NCBI GenBank assembly: GCA_035559535.1
Contig: DATMBG010000038.1
Coordinates: forward strand, 1 to 58,301
Source of the DNA: Candidatus Limnocylindrales bacterium
Lineage (GTDB): Bacteria; Moduliflexota; Moduliflexia; Moduliflexales; JAUQPW01
Direction of reading: 5' to 3'
Length of the DNA stretch: 58,301 nt
The notes under the pieces are model-generated. The model was not told the origin of the DNA, ran no database searches, and saw nothing but the letters and a program-made list of their open reading frames with translations. Both the position numbers and the translations under genes were made by a program. This document shows, piece by piece, positions 1 to 9,599 of this stretch. Numbering within the stretch: position 1 is the stretch's first letter; the number at the start of each line of letters is the position of its first letter.

Positions 1-142
1 TCATTACTCCGGCAGGTTGCCCCATTCGGGTATCTCTGGATCAAAGCCCGCTTGCGGCTCCCCAGAGCTTTTCGCAGCTTGCCACGCCCTTCTTCGCTTC
101 TTAGCCCCAAGGCATCCACCGCCTGCTCTTAGTAACTTGACT
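1..142 (-). rRNA. rrl: 23S rRNA, 5' end (runs off the left edge)
   Basis: Reverse complement reads AGTCAAGTTACTAAGAGCAGGCGGTGGATGCCTTGGGG...GAAGAAGGGCGTGGCAAGCTGCGAAAAGC...CCGAATGGGGCAACC, the conserved bacterial 23S 5' region. The exact 5' boundary is approximate. Confidence 0.95.
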
Positions 143-187
143 GTACAACTTTAGGCTTCAGATACTCAGTTACTTCTTTACTTAAAC

Positions 188-200
188 TTTTCAAAGAACA
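188..200 (-). promoter_or_regulatory. rRNA antitermination boxA-like site
   Basis: TGTTCTTTGAAAA on the minus strand between the promoter and the 23S 5' end. Confidence 0.75.
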
Positions 201-248
201 AAAAATGAAACACTTATTTCATGAGTTTATAACTACTTCCGTAAACTT

Positions 249-277
249 AATATAGCATCTGGCTTTAACATTATCAA
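249..277 (-). promoter_or_regulatory. sigma70-type promoter for 23S rRNA
   Basis: TTGATA-17bp-TATATT with extended TG, upstream of boxA. Confidence 0.7.
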
Positions 278-496
278 CAGCTTCTTCCACTTTCTTTCCA
301 ATCTCGACTTACCCACCGTTCCGGTTTGAAATCCAATAGGTGCCTACCATGTTACTTGCTCTTTTCAAAATTAGCAAGGGGTTTCTTTAACTTTCTTTAT
401 AAATTATAGTTGTCCGGGATAAATCTATGATTTGTTTTTTTCTAAGTTTCAAAATCGAAATTCAGGATAATGGACCTGGGAGAATCTAGGCTATTC

Positions 497-1117
497 TTAC
501 TCTTTTGGACAGGAAGGCTGGCCTGGACTATACCTTTTTTTTTGTTGATAAAGGAGCCAGAGAAGGCAGATCAGACAGAGAACAAGTATTAAGGTTCGAT
601 TCACTCTTCTAAGGGTCAGGACCAGGTGCTCAATGTCGGCTCCCAGATAGTAAACCAGAGTGGTATTAAGGGGGATACTTATCACCGATGCCAGTCCATC
701 CATCAAGAGGAACATTTTTGGTTTCATCCCCATGGTCCCGGCCATAAAAAAAGTTACCGGTCGAATTCCGGCAAAAAATCGGGCCAGAAAAACCGCCTTA
801 TCTCCATATTTGTCGAAATACTCCCTGGTTTTCTGGATTTTATCTTTGGTTAAGAAGGTATGCAGAAATTTAATCCCTAAGACCCGATCTCCCCATTTCC
901 GACCCAGCAGATAAATGATTCCATCGCCGGTTAGTGCTCCTATAACCAGGACAACTATGGTCATATAAAGGTTTGTGTACCCTTTATAGGCCAGGAATCC
1001 TCCGGCTACAATAACGGTTTCTTCCGGAAGAGGGAGACCCAGACCACAGAGTAATAAAACCACAAAAATACCTGCATAGGTAAACTGTTCAAGGTAGACA
1101 GATAGGAGATCTAACAT
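497..1117 (-). CDS. dedA: DedA family membrane protein
   Basis: GLPLPEE, GD...YLLGR, ARFFAGIR motifs; hydrophobic. Confidence 0.9.
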   Translation of the reverse strand: MLDLLSVYLEQFTYAGIFVVLLLCGLGLPLPEETVIVAGGFLAYKGYTNLYMTIVVLVIGALTGDGIIYLLGRKWGDRVLGIKFLHTFLTKDKIQKTREYFDKYGDKAVFLARFFAGIRPVTFFMAGTMGMKPKMFLLMDGLASVISIPLNTTLVYYLGADIEHLVLTLRRVNRTLILVLCLICLLWLLYQQKKRYSPGQPSCPKE

Positions 1118-1119
1118 TC

Positions 1120-2466
1120 TTATAATCCATACTCCAGGGCTTTTCGGTGGACCGTTCTGACCCCAACTCCTAATAATCTCGCTGCCTTAGTTTTATTTCC
1201 TTTGGTTTCTTCCAGGGTTTTTTTATAAACCAATCGTTCGATTTCTGCCAGGGGGGTTCCGATCTGAATCACAATACTTTTTTCATTCCGGGACGGTGTT
1301 TTTACATAGGCGGGTAAATTTACGGGAAGGATATAGTTTCCATTGGTAGATAACATGGCGGATTCTATACAGTTCTCTAATTCTCTTACATTTCCAGGCC
1401 AGTCATAGAGGGACAAAAGATCCAGGGCTTTATGATTAATTCCCTGAATAGCCAGGTCGTGTTTTTTATTAAATTTTTCTATAAAATGGGTTACTAAAAA
1501 AGGTATATCTTCTTTCCGCTCCCGGAGCGGAGGTAAATCGATCTTAACCACATTTAGTCGGTAGAAAAGGTCTTCACGAAACTTACCTGCTTTAACAGCC
1601 GCCCAGAGGTCTTTGTTAGTTGCTGCAATGACCCGGATATCTACCTTGAGAGTTTTATCGCCACCAACCCGTTCAAACTCTCCTTCTTGTAAAACTCTTA
1701 AAAGTTTAACCTGGGTTGTAGGGGACATTTCACTGACCTCATCTAAAAAGATGGTCCCTCCGTGGGCCAATTCAAATCTCCCCTTTCTTTTTGAAACGGC
1801 TCCGGTAAAAGCTCCCCTTTCATGTCCAAATAATTCGCTTTCTAAAACACCTTCACTTAAAGCCCCACAATTAACCTTGATAAAAGGCATCGAAGCACGA
1901 GGACTGTTGTAATGGATGGCATTGGCAATAAGTTCTTTTCCGGTACCACTTTCTCCGTAAATCAGTACATTACTTCGCCGGGGAGAGACCTGCCGAACGA
2001 TCTCGAAAACCTTTTTCATAAGGCTACTTCGACCAATAACGTTGGAAAACGTATAGTTGGCCTCTAAGGTTTGCTGTAACTGTCTGTTTCGGAGTGAAAG
2101 AACCTGAACCTCTAAAGCTTTCTCAATAAGAATTCCCAACTTCCGCAGATCCAGAGGTTTTGTAAGAAAATCATAGGCTCCTTCTTTCATGGCCTGAACG
2201 GCCAGTTCGATATCTCCAAAAGCCGTCATCATAATGAATTGGATATCCGGCTTTTCTTTTTTAATCTCCCGAATCAGATCCAGACCATATAATTTAGAAA
2301 GAAGTAGATCTGTTAATAAAAGATTAACGTCTTCCTTTTTAGCTATTTCCAGGGCACTCAGCCCATCATAGACCACAATGACTTCGTAGTCTTTCTTTTT
2401 CAAATATTGACCCAACCCATCAGCTACATTGACGTCATCTTCGGCAATTAAAATGGTTTTTTTCAA
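1120..2466 (-). CDS. sigma54-dependent response regulator (NtrC/AtoC family)
   Basis: REC domain, GESGTGKE, GAFTGA, FREDLFYRL, WPGNVREL, Fis-type HTH. Confidence 0.95.
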   Translation of the reverse strand: MKKTILIAEDDVNVADGLGQYLKKKDYEVIVVYDGLSALEIAKKEDVNLLLTDLLLSKLYGLDLIREIKKEKPDIQFIMMTAFGDIELAVQAMKEGAYDFLTKPLDLRKLGILIEKALEVQVLSLRNRQLQQTLEANYTFSNVIGRSSLMKKVFEIVRQVSPRRSNVLIYGESGTGKELIANAIHYNSPRASMPFIKVNCGALSEGVLESELFGHERGAFTGAVSKRKGRFELAHGGTIFLDEVSEMSPTTQVKLLRVLQEGEFERVGGDKTLKVDIRVIAATNKDLWAAVKAGKFREDLFYRLNVVKIDLPPLRERKEDIPFLVTHFIEKFNKKHDLAIQGINHKALDLLSLYDWPGNVRELENCIESAMLSTNGNYILPVNLPAYVKTPSRNEKSIVIQIGTPLAEIERLVYKKTLEETKGNKTKAARLLGVGVRTVHRKALEYGL

Positions 2467-2558
2467 GGCTCTCCCTCCCTTTAATTTTATGGCTTTATAG
2501 ATGGTAACAATCTGAGTCGTTCATCCTCTGTAAAAACGACTCCAGTTGCTACTACCGG

Positions 2559-3623
2559 CTATTTTTCTGAACTGATGGGAAGTTTGATGATAAAAGTTGT
2601 TCCTTTACCTTTCTCGCTAACAACCTCAATTTTGCCGTTATGACTTCGGACGATTTTTTGAGCAATCGGCAAACCCAAACCCGAACCTTGTTCTTTAGTC
2701 GTATATAAAAAATCAAAAATCTTTTCTAAATCTTCTTTAGGAATTCCACATCCGGTATCTGAAACTTCCACCTCAATATACTTTTCAACCCTTCGGGTCA
2801 GGATTTTCAAGTTTCCCCCTTCCGGCATGGCCTGGATGGCATTTCGAATCAGATTGAGCAGGACAAGCCTGAACTGATCTTCATCCAGCTCTATGAGAGG
2901 AAGTCCTTCCTCCAGTTCTGTTTGGATAATTACCTTAGACAAACGGGCTACCGGATATTGAAAATCCACTACCGATTTAATAACCTGGTTAATCTGAAGG
3001 GAAACTTTCTCAGGAGGAGGAAGCCGACCCGAGTTTAAAAAACTACTTAAATTTCGATCTAATCTCAGAATTTCTTCTTGTAAGGTCGCAATCAGATGAT
3101 CTACTTCGGGGGATCTGTTTTTAATCTCTTCTATCTCGCTTTTCAGAAGCTCAAAATGGACATTCATAGAGGTCAAAGGATTACGGATCTCATGGGCTAC
3201 CCAGTTGGCCAGACTGCTTACGGTGAACAACCGACTCTGGTGAACTATTTTTTCAATAAGCATGATTTTTTGGGTCACGTCGGTGATCAGCAACAAAGCT
3301 CCGCGATAGTGTCGGTCTTCCTCACTAAAAATAGGTATGATATTGATATTTAAGATTCGCTCCTGCGGTTCGGTCAGGATAACTTCTACATTGCTTAAAA
3401 CCACACGTTCTTTGAGGGCTTTAGAGAATAACGCCAGTAAGTTGGCCTGGGGGATAATTTCATCAATTTTACGATTCCTGGCTTCCTTGCCACGAATGCT
3501 AAATAACTGTTCAACATTGGAATTGAAAACCCTGACCCGATTATTCTCATCGACCAGAATCAATCCATCTCCTAAATTCTCGGATTTATCCGAAAGGGCC
3601 GCTTTAATAGCTCGTATATCCAT
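2559..3623 (-). CDS. PAS-domain sensor histidine kinase
   Basis: PAS-like N-terminus, HEIRNPL H-box, N box NLIRNA, G1/G2 boxes DTGCGI and GSGLGL. Confidence 0.93.
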   Translation of the reverse strand: MDIRAIKAALSDKSENLGDGLILVDENNRVRVFNSNVEQLFSIRGKEARNRKIDEIIPQANLLALFSKALKERVVLSNVEVILTEPQERILNINIIPIFSEEDRHYRGALLLITDVTQKIMLIEKIVHQSRLFTVSSLANWVAHEIRNPLTSMNVHFELLKSEIEEIKNRSPEVDHLIATLQEEILRLDRNLSSFLNSGRLPPPEKVSLQINQVIKSVVDFQYPVARLSKVIIQTELEEGLPLIELDEDQFRLVLLNLIRNAIQAMPEGGNLKILTRRVEKYIEVEVSDTGCGIPKEDLEKIFDFLYTTKEQGSGLGLPIAQKIVRSHNGKIEVVSEKGKGTTFIIKLPISSEK

Positions 3624-3715
3624 GGATTCGCTTAAGTAAAGATTCCCGTTGAGTCTCCTGATTCAGGTTTTCCTAAGAGGAAATTTAAGTTCTGTGTCCT
3701 TGTTTTCTAACTGAT

Positions 3716-3744
3716 AGAGTAGACAAGGTTCTTAAGTTAGTCAA
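3716..3744 (-). promoter_or_regulatory. sigma70-type promoter for the kinase-regulator-dedA operon
   Basis: TTGACT-17bp-TACTCT. Confidence 0.5.
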
Positions 3745-3804
3745 GGTTTTTTGAACAGTTGGATTAATTTTTCCTAATGGATCTCAGTTTCAGAATGGAA
3801 CACT

Positions 3805-3836
3805 AAAAAAATAAGGCCGCCTCTTCAAGGCGGCCT
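3805..3836 (-). terminator. Rho-independent terminator
   Basis: AGGCCGCCT/AGGCGGCCT stem followed by a U-run on the minus strand, downstream of 3870..4889. Confidence 0.8.
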
Positions 3837-3869
3837 GGCGAGTTCTCCCGAAGCCTTTATGTGGGTCGT

Positions 3870-4889
3870 TTAGAGTTCCTGTCTCTGCTGATTTCGGAGT
3901 CTTGCTTTAACCGGATATGAAAAACCTGAATTTATTTCAGGTTGTCCAGACTGGATGATATTTTCAGCCTGTTGAATAAGGATCACACGATCCATAATGA
4001 TCATCAGGTTCTCGGTAGAACTTTCCGAGTAAGAAAGAATCTCTGAAAGATAGCCCGGAATCAGTTCTTCCTTATAGTATTCTGGATATCGGGCATTGTC
4101 CTTTTCATATCTCTGGCCATTCCATACATAGATATCCGTCCAGTAAGCCCATTGGGAATGAGATCCAGAAGTTCCACCCACCGAATCTACCAAAAGTTCG
4201 AAAATTCCATCCTGGTTAAAATCCCGAAGGCGTACCCATTGGTTAAATACCTCGGTTTGAAGGTGATCCCCGGAAAACCAGAAGATCTCGCGAATATCCT
4301 GATAACTACTGGCTCCTGAGGAACATCCTAAAATGAGATCAGGACGTTGATCCTGGTTGAGATCCCGAATATCTACGACATAGTAAAAATCCCCTGTTAT
4401 TTCGGAGACTGCAATGGGTTGGTAGTAATCGAAAAATTTTTTAAGGATCGTCGCCCGATAATAATTTCCTGATATAACTCTGGGGACCAGGAGAATCTCT
4501 TCCTGGAGATCTCCATCAAAATCTATTCCAAAGATTTGTAAAGATTGCTCAAGATTAACAGGGTTTCCATCAAAATCTTTCATCTTTGTAACGGAAACAA
4601 ACCCGCTCTGAGAAGGATCTTTAAAATCATCTTGCCAGATCACCAATTCAGAAAGTGGGATAGATTCTTGAGCTTCTTGGAAAGATTTTTCATAATCTGT
4701 TCCTTCGTTAAAGGCATATTCCCTGAAATCAATCTTTTGGGAATGGGCAGATTTTTTTATAGATTTTATGGACAACCCAGGAATAAAGCTCCTGGCCTCA
4801 GCACTCTCTCCCAATGATAAGAGATAAAACAACCCTACCAGGTACATCACGAACCCTCGTCTCATCAATAAGTTTTTCTCCCTTAACAT
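3870..4889 (-). CDS. exported protein with FG-GAP/VCBS-like Ca-binding repeats
   Basis: Signal-peptide-like N-terminus; repeated DFDGD, DLNQDQRPDL and DFNQDGIFEL motifs. Confidence 0.65.
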   Translation of the reverse strand: MLREKNLLMRRGFVMYLVGLFYLLSLGESAEARSFIPGLSIKSIKKSAHSQKIDFREYAFNEGTDYEKSFQEAQESIPLSELVIWQDDFKDPSQSGFVSVTKMKDFDGNPVNLEQSLQIFGIDFDGDLQEEILLVPRVISGNYYRATILKKFFDYYQPIAVSEITGDFYYVVDIRDLNQDQRPDLILGCSSGASSYQDIREIFWFSGDHLQTEVFNQWVRLRDFNQDGIFELLVDSVGGTSGSHSQWAYWTDIYVWNGQRYEKDNARYPEYYKEELIPGYLSEILSYSESSTENLMIIMDRVILIQQAENIIQSGQPEINSGFSYPVKARLRNQQRQEL

Positions 4890-4960
4890 AGTAGATCTTT
4901 CCTCTTCATCTTTTAAGATACCTTAACTCTTTTAACTTTTCCGCTCTTTCTTTTATCTAT

Positions 4961-4976
4961 TGCGTATTTCATACCA
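4961..4976 (-). promoter_or_regulatory. possible sigma54 (-24/-12) promoter
   Basis: TGGTATGAAATACGCA = GG-N10-GC, upstream of 3870..4889; imperfect -12 element. Confidence 0.45.
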
Positions 4977-5400
4977 TCTCAAAAGTTCCATTTTAGATCT
5001 GTTTTTCCCCCTCCTTTTGTTGATCTGAAGTCGAGATTTTTAGCCTTTTCGCCTTCAATCAGGAAAATATTTACCAGCTGGAATATAGCTTTTTCCCGGA
5101 AATATTTTATAAACCCTGCCAATCTGGCAGGATTTGAAAAGATTTCCCTTAAATCATGCTTATTTTGACAGGCCTCATCTTTGCAATGGAGTTCAACAGG
5201 ATCATTTTGACCTGGAGCTTCTTCCTATTTTTAAAGGCTTTTTTATTGACAGTCTCTGTGGAGTTGAATAGATTCTTAGTAAAATTTGTGGAGCTTAGGC
5301 GGGCAGATGCCTGTAGGGGAACGTGGGTATACAAGGGTGCGGTGAGTTTTTCAATGGGACTGCGTCTGCGTGTTCCCATGTTTCTCTGTCTCTAATAACC

Positions 5401-7197
5401 ATGTCCCCCCGTTTAACAACGGATCTCGTTTGTGAAGTTTTATGTAAAGAGGGTTTACTGACCGATAAACAAAGGGATTTTATAAAATCACGGGAATCCG
5501 ACTATACCCGAACCCTCCAGAGTAAATTAGCTAAAGAAGGGGAGAACGGTCAGGGAACTCCTCCCCATATTGTAGATGTTATTGCGTTCATGCAGTTGAA
5601 AATGGCATCGGATCAGACGAAGCTGATCACCGAAGAAGTTATTATGCGTTGCATGGCGAAATATTGGGGATTACCCTTTCTTAAGATCGATCCCCTTAAA
5701 TTAGATTTAGATGTTGTTACTTCCTATATACCCGAACCCTTTGCCCGCCGGCATAATATACTCCCCATTGTCGTCACTCCCGATGAAACGGTCTTGACCA
5801 TTGCCACCATAGATCCCTGGGATGTAGAAACTCTGGAAAATATTCAGCGGGTCAGTGGTATGAAACTGGAATTGGTGATCAGTACCCGGAGTGACATTCA
5901 TAAAATCATCAAGGAATTCTTTGGATTTAAACTCTCTGTAAAGGCAGCAGAAGGGGAATTGGGACATCGGATTGATATTTCAAATCTGGAGCAATACACG
6001 GAGGTGGGGACCCAGTTAACCGAGCGCCACATTATTAATGCCGTTAATTTACTGTTTAATTATGCCTTTGAACAACGGGCAAGCGATATTCACATTGAAC
6101 CCAAAAGAAAATATAGTCAAATCCGGTTGAGAATTGATGGGATTTTACATAATGTACATCAGATGCCCAAAGCCGTTCATGCGGCCTTTGTATCCCGAAT
6201 TAAAACTTTATCTCGTATGGATATAGCCGAAAAGCGCCGCCCCCAAGATGGGCGAATTAAGACCAAATATAAGGACAAGCACATGGAACTCCGGGTTTCT
6301 ACTTTGCCGGTTGCTTTTGACGAAAAGGTCGTTATTCGAATTCTGGACCCGGATATGTTGATTCAGAAAATTGAGCATCTTGGATTTCCACCCGAGGATG
6401 TAGATCAGTATCTTTCCTTTCTGGATTGTCCCCATGGAATTATACTTCTTACCGGACCTACCGGAAGTGGTAAGACCACAACCCTGTATTCCAGCCTGGC
6501 CAAATTATCCTCTCCAGAGATCAACATTGTAACCATTGAAGATCCTATTGAAATGATCTATGAAGAATTTAATCAGGTGGCCGTCCAGCCCGGTGTAGGA
6601 ATTACCTTTGATTCCTGTCTGCGGAATATTTTGCGTCAAGACCCGGATGTTATCATGGTAGGAGAAATTAGAGACCGTGAAACGGCTGAGAATGCCATTC
6701 ATGCAGCTTTAACCGGACATCTGGTGTTTAGTACCCTTCATACCAACGATGCTCCTTCGGCTATAACCCGCCTCATGGATATGGGGATTGAACCTTTTCT
6801 CATCGAGTCCTCCCTGATAGGGGTTGTAGCTCAACGTCTGGTTCGTCGAATCTGCCCTTACTGTGAAAAAGCTTACTTAGCCGATGCAAAAGAAATCACA
6901 CTCTTAAATTCGGCGATTCCTATAAAGATGTTTCATCATAAGCCTTTACAACTCAAGCGAGGTATGGGATGTACCTCTTGCCGAGGAACCGGTTATTTAG
7001 GCAGAGTCGGGATTTTTGAAATTATGGCGATTAATGAAAAAATTCGAGAACTGATTAGGGTCCGTGCCGGTTCAGAGGATATTAAAAAATTGGCGATTCA
7101 AAACGGAATGAAAACCCTAAGGCAAAGTGCTTTTCAGAAGATGCTGGAAGGTATTACGACTCTGGAAGAGGTTATTCGCGTAACAGGAACTCCGTAA
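5401..7197 (+). CDS. GspE/PulE/PilB family secretion/pilus ATPase
   Basis: ASDIHIEP, RRPQDGR, Walker A GPTGSGKT, LRQDPD, CxxC Zn motifs; likely start ATG 5401. Confidence 0.93.
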   Translation: MSPRLTTDLVCEVLCKEGLLTDKQRDFIKSRESDYTRTLQSKLAKEGENGQGTPPHIVDVIAFMQLKMASDQTKLITEEVIMRCMAKYWGLPFLKIDPLKLDLDVVTSYIPEPFARRHNILPIVVTPDETVLTIATIDPWDVETLENIQRVSGMKLELVISTRSDIHKIIKEFFGFKLSVKAAEGELGHRIDISNLEQYTEVGTQLTERHIINAVNLLFNYAFEQRASDIHIEPKRKYSQIRLRIDGILHNVHQMPKAVHAAFVSRIKTLSRMDIAEKRRPQDGRIKTKYKDKHMELRVSTLPVAFDEKVVIRILDPDMLIQKIEHLGFPPEDVDQYLSFLDCPHGIILLTGPTGSGKTTTLYSSLAKLSSPEINIVTIEDPIEMIYEEFNQVAVQPGVGITFDSCLRNILRQDPDVIMVGEIRDRETAENAIHAALTGHLVFSTLHTNDAPSAITRLMDMGIEPFLIESSLIGVVAQRLVRRICPYCEKAYLADAKEITLLNSAIPIKMFHHKPLQLKRGMGCTSCRGTGYLGRVGIFEIMAINEKIRELIRVRAGSEDIKKLAIQNGMKTLRQSAFQKMLEGITTLEEVIRVTGTP

Positions 7198-7308
7198 TAC
7201 TGGGGATGGTAGACTGTGGACCGTAAACGATAAGCAAGAAGCAGGGGATCCCCCCTCTTGCTACGACGGACGATCCACGGTCTGCTATCCATTGCCCACG
7301 GTTTTTAA

Positions 7309-8100
7309 TTGGACATGTTGCAAGGATTCACACCCCTTCTTTATCATTTGTATGAAAAAAAACTCCTCTCAGAAGTTAAGAAGGATCGACGACCCTATCA
7401 TGTAGGACTTATTTTAGATGGAAATCGTCGATACGCCCGGGAAAAAAAATTAGAAAACCTGTCGGAAGGATACAAAAAGGGGGCTGATAAACTAGACGAG
7501 GTTTTATGCTGGTGCGAAGAACTGAATATTAAGATGCTTACCATCTGGGTTTTATCGACCGAGAATTTATTTCGTGAAGCAGAGCAATTAACCCAGCTAC
7601 TCCAGGTTATCGAAAATAAAATTCTCTCCATTGCCCAGAGCCCCTGGACCCACCGAAAACAGGTTCGAGTACGGGCCGTCGGAAAAATGGAGCTCCTTCC
7701 CGAGTCTACCCGACAGGCCATTGCTTATGCCGAAGAGGTAACCCGGAATTATCGATCTTTCTTTCTTAATATTGCCGTTGGATATGGAGGAAGACAAGAA
7801 ATTGTAGATGCCATCAAAAAGCTTCTGGAAGCTCGCCTGGTACAAGACGAATCCCTTGAAACCATTGTAAACAGCCTTACACCCGATGAAATCAGTAAGT
7901 ATCTGTACACCTATGACTTACCAGATCCCGATTTGATTATTCGGACCAGTGGGGAGATTCGATTAAGTGGATTTCTACTCTGGCAAAGTGCTTATAGCGA
8001 GTTCTACTTCTGTGATGTAAACTGGCCGGCTTTTAGAAAAATCGATTTTCTAAGGGCCATTCGAAGTTATCAACAACGACAGAGGAGATTCGGGATGTGA
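7309..8100 (+). CDS. uppS: cis-isoprenyl diphosphate synthase (UppS family)
   Basis: HVGLILDGNRR, STEN, YGGRQEI, IRTSGEIRLSGFLLWQ, RRFG. Confidence 0.9.
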   Translation: MDMLQGFTPLLYHLYEKKLLSEVKKDRRPYHVGLILDGNRRYAREKKLENLSEGYKKGADKLDEVLCWCEELNIKMLTIWVLSTENLFREAEQLTQLLQVIENKILSIAQSPWTHRKQVRVRAVGKMELLPESTRQAIAYAEEVTRNYRSFFLNIAVGYGGRQEIVDAIKKLLEARLVQDESLETIVNSLTPDEISKYLYTYDLPDPDLIIRTSGEIRLSGFLLWQSAYSEFYFCDVNWPAFRKIDFLRAIRSYQQRQRRFGM

Positions 8101-8273
8101 AAAAGGTCAGGAGAAGAAGTTCCTCAAGTTTGGGAGTTTTTAAACGAGACGATTATACCCGGGTTTTAAAAGAATTTCGTAGTATTAGGGATCTTTAAAA
8201 AGATTAATTAAATTTAACGCAAATAAACACCGACTCAGTTTCTGTTTATCGGTGTTTATCGGCGGTTAGAAGG

Positions 8274-9599
8274 ATGAAAAAATTCATCTTCCTTTTGTCT
8301 TTGCTCCTCTTTCTCACAGCCTGTCCTGCACCCCAGGCACCTCCCCCCGGTAAACTACCTCCCACCCAAAGAATTCCCGCCACAGCCGAAGAGGCTTACT
8401 ATAAAGGACTTGAGAATCTCAACCGGGGAAATTTTGAATCGGCCATCCAATTTTTTAATCTGACCATCCAGAAAAATCCAAAATACGCCAGGGCTTTTCA
8501 AGGCTTAGGGGATGCTTATGCCGCTCAAGAGAAATACGAACTGGCCGAGAAGAATTACTTAGAAGCTCTGGAGTTGGATCCCAGGTCCCTTCCAACCCTC
8601 TTAGGTTTGGGTTCTGTTCAGGTTAAACAAGGAAACCGTCAGAAAGCTTTGGAAACTTATCGAAAAGCCCTGGAGATCAGTCCGCAGAATCCGGTTGTTC
8701 TCAATAGATTGAAGGCACTTCAATCCACCGATTTTGATGTCCACTTTCAGAAAGGACTTGAGCTTAAGCAACAGGGTCGGTTGGATGCCGCCCTGGAAGA
8801 ATTTCAAGCCGCTCAACGCTCTTCTCCTCAACAAGTAGGACCCCTGGTCGAAATAGGTTATATTTTTTTGGAAAAGCAAGATTACGAGGAAGCTGAGAAG
8901 TATTTTCAAAGAGCTTTGGCTATGAATCCCGACTTTGTTTTTGCCCTCTTAGGCGCAGGTAGGGTCCGGTTGGCTAAAGGAGACCGGGAAAAGGCCCGGG
9001 AATATTTTGAGAAAGTTTTAGGTCTTGATCCGGAAAATAAACAAGCCCAGGAATTCATGGAGAAACTAAGGGAATCTGCTTCGACGGCCAAACCTGTTCC
9101 CAAGGAATATCAAGATATTGCCGCCCGCCAGGCTATTACCCGCAGCGATCTTGCCGTTCTGATCTTGATCGGACTGGATCTGGAAGAAAAAATCAAGGCC
9201 TCTCCGGAACTCGCCTCTGCCTATCGGGTTCAACCCATATCCGATATTGCAGGCCATCCGACCAAATCGTATATTGTTAAAGTTACCGCCTATGGTCTTA
9301 TGGAAGTTTTCCCGGATCATACCTTTCAACCCGATGAAGTGGTCACCCGAGGCGAGTTGGCTGCTACCATAGACCGGATTTTTAAGGCTTTTTCAAAACC
9401 CTTGACCGTGGTTCCTGCACCCACCCACGAGACTCCCTTTAAAGATGTTTTGCCGGAAAATATTTACTATCAGGCGGTGGTCAGTGTCTCCCAAGCAGGA
9501 ATCATGAATGGGGCCTCGGATTCAGAATTCGGTCTGGATAAACCAGTTTCCGGGAGCGAAGCTATGGAAATCATAGCCAAAGTGAAGGAAATGCTATGA
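8274..9599 (+). CDS. lipoprotein with TPR repeats and C-terminal SLH domains
   Basis: Lipobox LTAC; multiple TPRs; SLH-like ITRSD, FQPDEVVTRGE and FKDV...GIMNG. Confidence 0.85.
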   Translation: MKKFIFLLSLLLFLTACPAPQAPPPGKLPPTQRIPATAEEAYYKGLENLNRGNFESAIQFFNLTIQKNPKYARAFQGLGDAYAAQEKYELAEKNYLEALELDPRSLPTLLGLGSVQVKQGNRQKALETYRKALEISPQNPVVLNRLKALQSTDFDVHFQKGLELKQQGRLDAALEEFQAAQRSSPQQVGPLVEIGYIFLEKQDYEEAEKYFQRALAMNPDFVFALLGAGRVRLAKGDREKAREYFEKVLGLDPENKQAQEFMEKLRESASTAKPVPKEYQDIAARQAITRSDLAVLILIGLDLEEKIKASPELASAYRVQPISDIAGHPTKSYIVKVTAYGLMEVFPDHTFQPDEVVTRGELAATIDRIFKAFSKPLTVVPAPTHETPFKDVLPENIYYQAVVSVSQAGIMNGASDSEFGLDKPVSGSEAMEIIAKVKEML

